Source: Gaiellaceae bacterium (lineage in GTDB: Bacteria > Actinomycetota > Thermoleophilia > Gaiellales > Gaiellaceae). Taken from it: a stretch of 64,000 bases of DNA. The number at the start of each line of letters is the position of its first letter. The stretch's first letter is position 1. The stretch spans positions 30,908 to 94,907 of the forward strand of contig JBJMKF010000016.1 of NCBI GenBank assembly GCA_045805965.1, read 5' to 3'. The notes beneath the pieces are model-generated. The model was not told the origin of the DNA. It did not search any database and worked only from the letters and a program-made list of their open reading frames with translations. A program made the translations under genes and the position numbers. Below, one piece after another: positions 54,326-64,000 of this stretch.

Positions 54326-54943
54326 GTGTACGTTCGGGGAATGCGGTTGCGTCTCGTCCAGCTCTACGGCGGTCTTCTCCTCTACGGCGCCAGCTCGTCA
54401 CTGCTCGTGCTGGCGGGCCTCGGGCTCGATCCGTGGGACGTCTTCCACCAGGGGCTCTCCAAGACGTTCGGCCTCGCGATCGGGACGTGGGCGATCCTCG
54501 TCGGCGTCGTCGTGCTGCTGCTCTGGATCCCGCTCTGGCAGCGGCCGGGGATCGGGACGGTGAGCAACGTCGTTCTCGTCGGCGCGACGATGGATCTCGT
54601 GCTCGGCCACGTCCACGCGCCACATGCGATGGCGGCCCGCATCGCCTGCCTCGTCTGCGGCGTGTTCCTGAACGGCGTCGCGACGGGCGCGTACATCGGC
54701 GCCGGGCTCGGGCCGGGCCCGCGTGACGGCCTGATGACAGGGCTCGCCGCGCGCGGGCATTCGATCCGCGTCGTCCGCACCGGGATCGAGGTGATCGTGC
54801 TCGCCTCCGGTTGGCTCCTCGGCGGCACGGTCGGCGTGGGGACTGTGCTGTACGCGCTCGCGATCGGCCCGCTTGCGCACGTATTCGTGCCGCTCTTCGC
54901 CCGCGGCAGGCCGACGCCGGAGCATGCGCTGGAGGCCGCATAG
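54326..54943 (+). CDS. YczE/YitT-like membrane protein
   Basis: RLVQLYGGLLLYGASSSLLVLAGLGLDPWDVFHQGLS...GPGPRDGLMTGL. Confidence 0.7.
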   Translation: MYVRGMRLRLVQLYGGLLLYGASSSLLVLAGLGLDPWDVFHQGLSKTFGLAIGTWAILVGVVVLLLWIPLWQRPGIGTVSNVVLVGATMDLVLGHVHAPHAMAARIACLVCGVFLNGVATGAYIGAGLGPGPRDGLMTGLAARGHSIRVVRTGIEVIVLASGWLLGGTVGVGTVLYALAIGPLAHVFVPLFARGRPTPEHALEAA

Positions 54944-55788
54944 CCGCCGTCGGGCTCGGGCTGCTCTCTGCGCTGCTGTTCGGGGCTATGAGCGTCGCGT
55001 TGCGCATGGGGCTCGACCGGGACCCCGACGTCGCGCTCGGAACGATCGCCACCCTCTCGGTCGGTCTCGCCGTGACGGCGGTCGCGGTCGTCGCCGAGGC
55101 GCCCACGCGAGGGTTGCACCTGGGCTCCGCGTGGCCGTTCGTCCTCGCAGGGCTGCTCTCGCCTGGGCTGGCGCAGATCTTCGTCACCGTCGGCATCCGC
55201 GAGTCGGGTGCATCTCGGGTCTCGATGGTCTTCGGCGCGGCGCCGCTCGTCTCGGTCACGATTGCGCTCATCTTCCTCGGCGAGCCGGCCCGAGCGCCGC
55301 TCCTCGCGGGCGCTGTGCTCGTCGTCGCAGGAGGCGTTGAGCTCGCCCGTGAGCGCGACCGCCCCGCGCACCTCAACCGGCTCGGCCTGCTCTATGCATT
55401 CGTTGGTGCGGCGCTGTTCGCGATCCGGGACAACCTCGTGCGCCACTTCGCAGTGGGCAAGACGCCGGTGCCCCCGGCGGTCGCGGGGGCGACGGCGCTC
55501 GTCGGAGGGATGCTCGTGGCTGCGGTCTGGGCGCGTCGACGGGTGTCGCGCCGTTGGCTCGCCTTCGTGCCGGCCGGCCTTCTCTTCGGCGCGTCGTACA
55601 TCGCGCTTTTCGAGGCGTACTACCGCGGTCGCGTCACGGTCGTGGCCCCGCTCGTCGCGATCGAGTCACTAGCCGGGGTCGCGCTCTCAGTGGTCTTTCT
55701 CCGCGGGTCGGAGCTCGTGGGGAAGAGGCTCGTCTTCGGCGCGGCGCTGATCGTGGCGGGTGGCGCGCTCATCGGCGCGACGCGCTGA
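54811..55788 (+). CDS. EamA/DMT-family transporter; start uncertain
   Basis: Ten-TM pattern with two EamA halves (LLSALLFGAMSVALRMG ... GEPARAPLLAGAVLVVAGG ... ALIVAGGALIG). The only canonical in-frame start upstream of TM1 is TTG 54811, which gives a 133-nt overlap with the previous gene. Confidence 0.7.
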   Translation: MAPRRHGRRGDCAVRARDRPACARIRAALRPRQADAGACAGGRIAAVGLGLLSALLFGAMSVALRMGLDRDPDVALGTIATLSVGLAVTAVAVVAEAPTRGLHLGSAWPFVLAGLLSPGLAQIFVTVGIRESGASRVSMVFGAAPLVSVTIALIFLGEPARAPLLAGAVLVVAGGVELARERDRPAHLNRLGLLYAFVGAALFAIRDNLVRHFAVGKTPVPPAVAGATALVGGMLVAAVWARRRVSRRWLAFVPAGLLFGASYIALFEAYYRGRVTVVAPLVAIESLAGVALSVVFLRGSELVGKRLVFGAALIVAGGALIGATR

Positions 55789-55944
55789 GCGCGTCGAGGC
55801 GCAACATGCTGAGGCCGGTGGCAGGCACTGCACGGGATCGTGACATCTCATCCACAGCCGCGAGCTCCATTTCGTAAGTAGAACCAACCGGGCTGCGACG
55901 CGCCCTTGACGGTCTTGTATCGGTGGCTGCCACCGGTCGGCGTG

Positions 55945-55974
55945 CTTGCTCGACAAGTCACGAAGCCATATCTG
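55945..55974 (+). promoter_or_regulatory. Candidate dnaK promoter with overlapping palindrome
   Basis: TTGCTC (55946..55951), a 17-nt spacer, then TATCTG (55969..55974). The palindrome CTTGCTCGACAAG (55945..55957) covers the -35. A second palindrome CGGTGGCTGCCACCG lies at 55921..55935. Confidence 0.3.
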
Positions 55975-56019
55975 CTATAACCGGGCTAAGGTTTTCTCAA
56001 CGAGGAGGAAGAAGACAGC

Positions 56020-57936
56020 ATGGCGAAGACCATCGGCATCGACCTGGGCACGACGAACTCGTGCATGGCCGTGCTCGAGGGCGGCGAGCCGGCCGTCATC
56101 CCGAACGCCGAGGGGGGTCGCACGACGCCCTCCGTCGTCGCGTTCACGAAGGACGGCCAGCGGCTCGTCGGCGCTCCGGCCCGGCGGCAGCAGGTCACGA
56201 ACCCGCAGAACACGATCTTCTCGATCAAGCGCTTCATGGGGCGCAAGTTCGACGAGGTCACGGAGGAGATGACTATCGTCCCGTACGAGGTCGTCCAGGG
56301 CCCGAACGGCGACGTCCGCGTGAAGGCGGAGAGCAAGGAGTACGCCCCGCCTGAGATCAGCGCGATGATCCTCCAGAAACTCAAGCAGGACGCGGAGGCG
56401 TATCTCGGCGAGACCGTGACGGACGCCGTGATCACCGTCCCCGCCTACTTCAACAATGCGCAGCGCGAGGCGACGAAGGACGCCGGCAAGATCGCCGGCC
56501 TCAACGTGCTGCGCATCATCAACGAGCCGACCGCGGCCGCACTCGCGTATGGGCTCGACAAGGAGGGCTCCGACCAGACGATCCTCGTGTTCGACCTAGG
56601 CGGCGGCACGTTCGACGTGTCGGTGCTCGAGCTCGGCGAGGGCGTCTTCGAGGTCAAGTCGACTGCGGGTGACAACCACCTCGGCGGCGACAACTTCGAC
56701 AAGTCGGTCGTCGACTGGATGGCCGCGGAGTTCAAGAAGGACCAGGGCATCGACCTGACGCAGGACAAGATGGCGCTGCAGCGCCTCTACGAGGCTGCGG
56801 AGAAGGCGAAGATCGAGCTGTCGTCGACGATGACGACACAGATCAACCTCCCGTTCATCACGGCGACCGCCGAGGGCCCGAAGCACCTCGACCTGCAGCT
56901 CACGCGGGCGAAGCTCGAGGAGATCACGGCCGACCTGCTCGAGCGCACGGTTGGTCCGACGAAGCAGGCGCTCTCCGACGCCGGCCTCGACTCTTCGAAG
57001 ATCGACCACGTCGTTCTCGTCGGCGGCATGACCCGCATGCCGGCGGTGCAGGAGAAGGTCAAGGGGCTGATCGGCAAGGAGCCGCACAAGGGCGTCAACC
57101 CAGACGAGGTCGTCGCGGTCGGCGCAGCGCTCCAGGCCGGCGTGCTCAAAGGAGAGGTCAAGGACATCCTCCTGCTCGACGTCACTCCGCTCTCCCTCGG
57201 CATCGAGACGAAGGGCGGCGTGATGAACGCGCTGATCGAGCGCAACACGACCATCCCCACGAAGAAGTCGCAGGTCTACACGACCGCGGAGGACAACCAG
57301 CCCTCGGTCGAGGTGCACGTCCTGCAGGGCGAGTCGGAGATGGCCGCGTACAACAAGACGCTCGGCAAGTTCCAGCTCGTCGGGATCCCGCCGGCGCCGC
57401 GCGGCATGCCGCAGATCGAGGTCACCTTCGACATCGACGCGAACGGGATCATCAACGTGTCCGCGAAGGACATGGGCACCGGGAACGTCCAGCAGATCCA
57501 GATCCAGGGCGGCTCCGGGCTCTCCGAGGACGAGGTCCAGGAGATGATCCGCAACGCGGAGTCGCACGCCGACGAGGCGCACCGGCTGCGCGAGGCGGCG
57601 GACACGAAGAACCTCGCCGAGACGCTCGCGTACCAGACCGAGCGGTCGCTCTCCGAGCACCGCGACAAGCTCGACGAGTCCGACGCCTCGACGATCGAGG
57701 GCCGGGTCATGGAGCTGCGGCAGGCGCTCGAGAGCGACGACCTCGGCGAGATCCGCGCCAAGATGGAGGCGTTGCAGGAGGCCTCGCACAAGCTCGCCGA
57801 GGCGGTCTACGCCGAGGCGACTGCGCAGGCGCAGGCGGCGTCCGCGAGCGGCGGCAACGGCGAGTCCGCCTCCGACGACGAGGTCGTCGAGGAGGGCGAG
57901 TACGAGGTCGTCGACGAGGAGGCGCCCACCTCGTGA
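56020..57936 (+). CDS. dnaK: Chaperone DnaK (Hsp70)
   Basis: [22 protein letters not shown]...[20 protein letters not shown] Shine-Dalgarno. Confidence 0.97.
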   Translation: MAKTIGIDLGTTNSCMAVLEGGEPAVIPNAEGGRTTPSVVAFTKDGQRLVGAPARRQQVTNPQNTIFSIKRFMGRKFDEVTEEMTIVPYEVVQGPNGDVRVKAESKEYAPPEISAMILQKLKQDAEAYLGETVTDAVITVPAYFNNAQREATKDAGKIAGLNVLRIINEPTAAALAYGLDKEGSDQTILVFDLGGGTFDVSVLELGEGVFEVKSTAGDNHLGGDNFDKSVVDWMAAEFKKDQGIDLTQDKMALQRLYEAAEKAKIELSSTMTTQINLPFITATAEGPKHLDLQLTRAKLEEITADLLERTVGPTKQALSDAGLDSSKIDHVVLVGGMTRMPAVQEKVKGLIGKEPHKGVNPDEVVAVGAALQAGVLKGEVKDILLLDVTPLSLGIETKGGVMNALIERNTTIPTKKSQVYTTAEDNQPSVEVHVLQGESEMAAYNKTLGKFQLVGIPPAPRGMPQIEVTFDIDANGIINVSAKDMGTGNVQQIQIQGGSGLSEDEVQEMIRNAESHADEAHRLREAADTKNLAETLAYQTERSLSEHRDKLDESDASTIEGRVMELRQALESDDLGEIRAKMEALQEASHKLAEAVYAEATAQAQAASASGGNGESASDDEVVEEGEYEVVDEEAPTS

Positions 57937-58478
57937 GTGAGGAGCACCTTCAGCAGGACGAGGCGCAGGACGAAAGTCGGGTGCCTGGCACGGAAGAGCC
58001 GAGCCAGGCACCGGACGGTGAAGCGTCGAACGACGCCGCCGTCGAGGACGACCGTCTCCTCAGGCTCGCCGCTGACTTCGAGAACTACAAGAAGCGGGCG
58101 GCGCGCGAGCGGCAGGAGTACGTCGCGCTCGCGAACGAGCGGCTGATCGCCGAGCTTCTCCCGATTCTCGACGACCTCGAGCGCGCGCTGAGCGCGGCCG
58201 AGCAGCACGAGGAGGCGCAACTCGAGGAAGGCGTGGAGCTCGTCCACCGCTCCCTCGCGGGGCTACTCGAACGTCACGGCGTGCAGCCGATCGCCACGGA
58301 GGGCACGTTCGACCCGCACGTGCACGAGGCTTTGCTCTCCCAGCCGTCCGAGGCGGAGGAGGGCTCGGTGATCGACGTCGTCCAGAAGGGCTACAAGCTC
58401 GGTGACCGCGTCGTGCGTCCGGCCCGTGTCGTCGTCGCGGCGGCGGCGCCGGAGGAAACGACGGGCGGCGATGCCTGA
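57933..58478 (+). CDS. grpE: Nucleotide exchange factor GrpE
   Basis: GTGA overlap with dna[17 protein letters not shown]...FDPHVHEAL...[18 protein letters not shown]. Confidence 0.9.
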   Translation: MSEEHLQQDEAQDESRVPGTEEPSQAPDGEASNDAAVEDDRLLRLAADFENYKKRAARERQEYVALANERLIAELLPILDDLERALSAAEQHEEAQLEEGVELVHRSLAGLLERHGVQPIATEGTFDPHVHEALLSQPSEAEEGSVIDVVQKGYKLGDRVVRPARVVVAAAAPEETTGGDA

Positions 58479-59541
58479 GACGCTCTACGAGACGCTCGGC
58501 GTGAAGAAGGCCTCGTCCGCCGACGAGATCAAGAAGGCGTACCGCAAGCTTGCCCGGCAGTACCACCCCGACACGAACCAGGGCGACAAGGCCGCGGAGG
58601 AGCGCTTCAAGCAGGTGCAGACCGCGTACGACGTCCTGTCCGATCCCGAGAAGCGGAAGGCGTACGACCGGTTCGGCTCGACGAACGGCCGTGGCGCCCC
58701 CGGCCCTGGCGGTGTCAACGTCGACTTCGGCGATCTCGGTGACCTCGGCGACATCCTCGGCGGCATCTTCGGCAACTTCGGCGGTGCCGCGCGTGGCGCC
58801 CGCGGTCGCGCCCGGACGCAGCCCGTCCGCGGCGCCGACGTCGAGACCGAGGTGCGTCTCTCGTTCGAGGACTCGCTTCGCGGCGCCGAGGCCAAGGTGC
58901 CCGTCGAGCTGACCGTCGCCTGCTCGCAGTGCGGCGGCACCGGCGCCGAGCCCGGCACTGCTCCGGTCATCTGCCCGGAATGCAACGGCCGCGGCGTGAT
59001 CTCGGAGTCGCAGGGCCTGTTCGCCCTTTCGCAGCCGTGCCCTCGCTGCCGCGGCAACGGCACCGTGATCGAGAAGCCGTGTGCGAAATGCCACGGCTCC
59101 GGCCGCGAACGGCGGCGGCGCACGTTCACTGTGAAGATCAAGCCGGGCGTCAAGGACGGTACGAAGATCCGGCTCAAGGGCAAGGGCGAGGCCGGCCAGC
59201 ATGGCGGCCCGAACGGCGACCTGATCGTCGTCACACGGGTCGAGACGTCGGCGACGTACGAGCGCCGCGGCGACGACCTGATCGTCCAGGTGCCGGTCTC
59301 CTTCCCGATGGCCGCGCTCGGCGGCAAGGTCGACGTTCCGACGCCGGAGGGCACGGTATCGCTCAAGATTCCGGCCGGTTCCGAGGACGGGAAGCTCCTG
59401 CGGATCAAGGGCCGCGGCGCGCCGAAGCTCAGCGGCTCGGGCAAGGGTGACGTGCTCGCGCGCGTGCGCATCCAGGTGCCGAAGCGCGTGAACAAGAAGG
59501 AGCGCGAGCTACTCGAAGAGCTCCAGAAGGGCGTCGGCTGA
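58471..59541 (+). CDS. dnaJ: Co-chaperone DnaJ
   Basis: [31 protein letters not shown]. Four CxxCxGxG motifs ([32 protein letters not shown]). Confidence 0.95.
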   Translation: MPETLYETLGVKKASSADEIKKAYRKLARQYHPDTNQGDKAAEERFKQVQTAYDVLSDPEKRKAYDRFGSTNGRGAPGPGGVNVDFGDLGDLGDILGGIFGNFGGAARGARGRARTQPVRGADVETEVRLSFEDSLRGAEAKVPVELTVACSQCGGTGAEPGTAPVICPECNGRGVISESQGLFALSQPCPRCRGNGTVIEKPCAKCHGSGRERRRRTFTVKIKPGVKDGTKIRLKGKGEAGQHGGPNGDLIVVTRVETSATYERRGDDLIVQVPVSFPMAALGGKVDVPTPEGTVSLKIPAGSEDGKLLRIKGRGAPKLSGSGKGDVLARVRIQVPKRVNKKERELLEELQKGVG

Positions 59542-59838
59542 ATGTCGAACCACGACGAGCTGCTCAAGGAGGGCGCACGGGAGGCGCCAGAGCCCGAGTC
59601 CGCGGAGGAGAAGAGTCGCAAGCTCGGTCTGAAGACCGCAGGTGGCGCGGTCGCCGGCGGCGGCGCGGTCGCTGCGAAGGCGGGCGCCATCGGCGGCCTC
59701 GGCAAGCTCTTCTTCTGGCTCTTCGCGTGGAACGGCGTCAGCACGGCGCTCCGCATCGGCGGCTGGGTCGGTATCGCTCTCGTTGTGGCACTCGTGGCCG
59801 GCGTCATCCTCTACCGCCGCAGCCGGAGGCACGCCTGA
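59542..59838 (+). CDS. Small membrane protein (98 aa) embedded in the dnaK operon
   Basis: The ATG directly abuts the dnaJ stop (TGAATG), and its TGA overlaps the hspR ATG. Gly/Ala-rich region, then two hydrophobic helices [15 protein letters not shown] / [17 protein letters not shown]. Confidence 0.5.
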   Translation: MSNHDELLKEGAREAPEPESAEEKSRKLGLKTAGGAVAGGGAVAAKAGAIGGLGKLFFWLFAWNGVSTALRIGGWVGIALVVALVAGVILYRRSRRHA

Positions 59839-60212
59839 TGGAGACCTCCGAGCGTCCGATCTACATGATCTCGGTCGCGGCCGACCTCGTCGGCATGCAC
59901 CCGCAGACGCTGCGCATGTACGAGACGAAGGGTCTCGTGCGGCCGCACCGCACGCCGGGCGGCACGCGGATCTACTCCGAGGCCGACGTCGAGCGGTTGC
60001 GGATCGTCCAGCGGCTCACCTCCGAGCTCGGCCTCAACCTCGCCGGCGTCGAGCTCGTGCTGCGACTGGAGGACGAGTTGCGCAAGGCGCACGCGCACGT
60101 CGAGCGCCTGCAGCGAGAGCTCCGCACCGAGGTGCAGAACGTCCACAGGCAGTACCGCCGCGATCTCGTGCTCGTGCGCGACGAGCGGCTTCCGGAAAGG
60201 CAGAGGAACTAG
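59838..60212 (+). CDS. hspR: MerR-family heat-shock repressor HspR
   Basis: [54 protein letters not shown]. Confidence 0.85.
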   Translation: METSERPIYMISVAADLVGMHPQTLRMYETKGLVRPHRTPGGTRIYSEADVERLRIVQRLTSELGLNLAGVELVLRLEDELRKAHAHVERLQRELRTEVQNVHRQYRRDLVLVRDERLPERQRN

Positions 60213-62687
<2,475 letters not shown>

Positions 62688-62758
62688 CTCTCGGCGTAGA
62701 TCCGTGCCGGCCCCCACTGCCGCACGCGGCGAGCCTTGCCCGAGCTACGGTCCGCTCC

Positions 62759-63295
62759 GTGATGCTCGTCGTCGCCGCCACCGAGCGCGAGCTCGCGCTC
62801 CTCGGCGGGCACGACACTTTCTGCTGCGGGATCGGCCCCGTCGAGGCGGCGCTCCAGACCGCTCGTGTCCTCGCGGAGCGGTGGACGGACGCGGTGGTCC
62901 ATGTCGGGATCGCAGGGTCACGGACGCTCGAGCCTCCCGCGCTCGTGCTCGGGAGCGAAGCGGTCTACTGCGACGTGATCGACCCCGCGTCGACGCTGCC
63001 GCGGGTCGAGCGCGTCAGTCCGAATGCGGCGCTGCTCGAACGCGCGCGCGTGGCGCTTCCCGAGGCGCACGTGCTCCCGATCGCGACCTGCGGAAAGGTC
63101 GGCGGGGGCACGGGATTCGACGTCGAGGCGATGGAGGGCTTCGGCGTGCTGCGCGCGTGCGACCTCGCGGGAGTGCCGGCGATCGAGCTGCGCGCGATCT
63201 CGAACTCGCCGGACGAGGGTGACCGCACGCGCTGGCGTTTCGACGACGCGTTCGCCGCGCTCGCCGCGGCGCTAGATCGACTCGACGTCGTCTAG
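62759..63295 (+). CDS. PNP/UDP-family nucleosidase, futalosine-hydrolase (MqnB)-like
   Basis: MLVVAATERELALL...CGIGPVEAALQTARVL...VGIAGS...VEAMEGFGVLRAC...IELRAISN. Confidence 0.6.
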   Translation: MMLVVAATERELALLGGHDTFCCGIGPVEAALQTARVLAERWTDAVVHVGIAGSRTLEPPALVLGSEAVYCDVIDPASTLPRVERVSPNAALLERARVALPEAHVLPIATCGKVGGGTGFDVEAMEGFGVLRACDLAGVPAIELRAISNSPDEGDRTRWRFDDAFAALAAALDRLDVV

Positions 63296-63667
63296 AAACT
63301 CGGCATTGCCGTGGCGCGTCGGCGCGCCGTAGACGAAGACGAGGATCTCCTCGTCGCTCTCGTTCCGCATCTGGAGCGGCGTGCCCGCGTGGACGACGAC
63401 GACTCCGCTCGGTTCGACGTCCACCCGCTCCCACGGCTCGCCGAGCAGCATCGTCAGCGTGCCGCGCAGAGGTACGAACACTTCTTCCTGATCCGGATCG
63501 AGATGCCGTCGACCGCGGGTGTGCGCCGGATAGCGCCACATGCGGGCGCGCGACTCCGTCATGTTTGCGGCCTCGGTCAGCGTGGCCGCGTGGCGGGGCT
63601 CCTGCCCCTCATGTCCCGGCCGCTTCTCCCACTCGAGGTCGGCGCGCTGCACGACGTCCCAGCCCAT
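63272..63667 (-). CDS. Cupin-fold protein
   Basis: Internal ATG 63667 (MGWDVVQRADLEWEKRPGH...). HLDPDQEEVFVPLRGTLTMLLG...VVVVHAGTPLQMRNE. Confidence 0.7.
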   Translation of the reverse strand: MGWDVVQRADLEWEKRPGHEGQEPRHAATLTEAANMTESRARMWRYPAHTRGRRHLDPDQEEVFVPLRGTLTMLLGEPWERVDVEPSGVVVVHAGTPLQMRNESDEEILVFVYGAPTRHGNAEFLDDVESI

Positions 63668-63691
63668 GGGGCGACGATACCCTCCGCGCCG

Positions 63692-64000
63692 ATGGCCGAG
63701 CTGCGTCCTGTCGCGTTGCCGCCCGCCGAGCGCACGATCGGCCAGCTCGTGGCCGAGTCGATTCGCTTCTACGGGGAGCATTTCTGGCAGGTGTTGCCGC
63801 TCGGGCTCAGTCTTGTCGCCGTTGACGTTGCGAGCCTCCACCGCAGCGTCAATGTCCAAACGTTGATCCTGTGGGCGTTTGCGCCGCTGCTATCCGCCGC
63901 TTACGTCCATGCGGCAAGCCTCGTTCGCAACGAACTGTGGACGTGGCCTGCTTTCGTCGCCGCTCTTATCGTCTTCGTGCCGTTCCCGATCTTGGTGCGT
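63692..64000 (+). CDS. Hypothetical membrane protein, 5' part only (runs off the right edge)
   Basis: My translation from ATG 63692 is MAELRPVALPPAERTIGQLVAESIRFYGEHFWQVLPLGLSLVAVDVASL...WPAFVAALIVFVPFPILVR. The frame is open to base 64000. Confidence 0.4.
   Translation, partial: MAELRPVALPPAERTIGQLVAESIRFYGEHFWQVLPLGLSLVAVDVASLHRSVNVQTLILWAFAPLLSAAYVHAASLVRNELWTWPAFVAALIVFVPFPILVR

Noticed and set aside
54811-54943. The 133-nt overlap of the EamA transporter ORF with the preceding YczE-like gene as evidence for a frameshift or fusion.
   Set aside because: More likely a non-canonical or misjudged start. TM1 begins right after the YczE-like stop, and only ATA/ATT/CTG codons are available there. 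There is not enough evidence to call a pseudogene.
55789-56019. Canonical HAIR (CTTGAGT-N7-ACTCAAG) or CIRCE (TTAGCACTC-N9-GAGTGCTAA) element upstream of dnaK.
   Set aside because: Reading both strands, I found neither consensus. Only weaker palindromes exist, and those are reported with low confidence.

Overview
This is a very GC-rich, densely coding 64 kb chromosomal window. Third codon positions are almost all G/C, so every real gene is shadowed by long Arg/Ala/Pro-rich off-frame ORFs. Gene content and protein signatures point to a rod-shaped high-GC Gram-positive lineage, probably deep Actinomycetota such as Thermoleophilia or Rubrobacteria; that is inference only. Most of the window is core housekeeping: Ku, SSB, a full elongasome block (mreB-GNAT-mreC-mreD-PBP2-rodA), rne-rplU-rpmA-obg-nadD-rsfS, a RodZ-like gene, lon, a sigma-70 factor, sucA, a heterodimeric ABC exporter, moaA, pepT, a dnaK-grpE-dnaJ-x-hspR-clpB operon and two tRNA-Ala genes. 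I see no rRNA, CRISPR array, transposase, integrase or recognisable defence island. The parts worth a second look are: (1) an ino1-centred operon (PAP2-like, CDP-alcohol phosphatidyltransferase, ino1, micro-ORF, GNAT, PimA-like GT4 fused to a PHP phosphoesterase domain) that may supply a poorly assigned phosphatase step of inositol-conjugate synthesis; (2) an actinomycete-type gas vesicle operon gvpA-F-G-O-J-L-S/K with an in-frame GvpS-GvpK fusion and two unusual co-oriented upstream genes next to a tRNA; (3) a membrane-anchored beta-helix repeat protein on a 25-proline stalk; (4) a UdgX-type (KRRIH loop) uracil-DNA glycosylase; (5) a GAF-GGDEF-GAF-GAF-HD-GYP c-di-GMP protein; plus several small RNA-structure, repeat and fusion oddities. 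All calls come from reading the sequence and the supplied translations. No database search was run.
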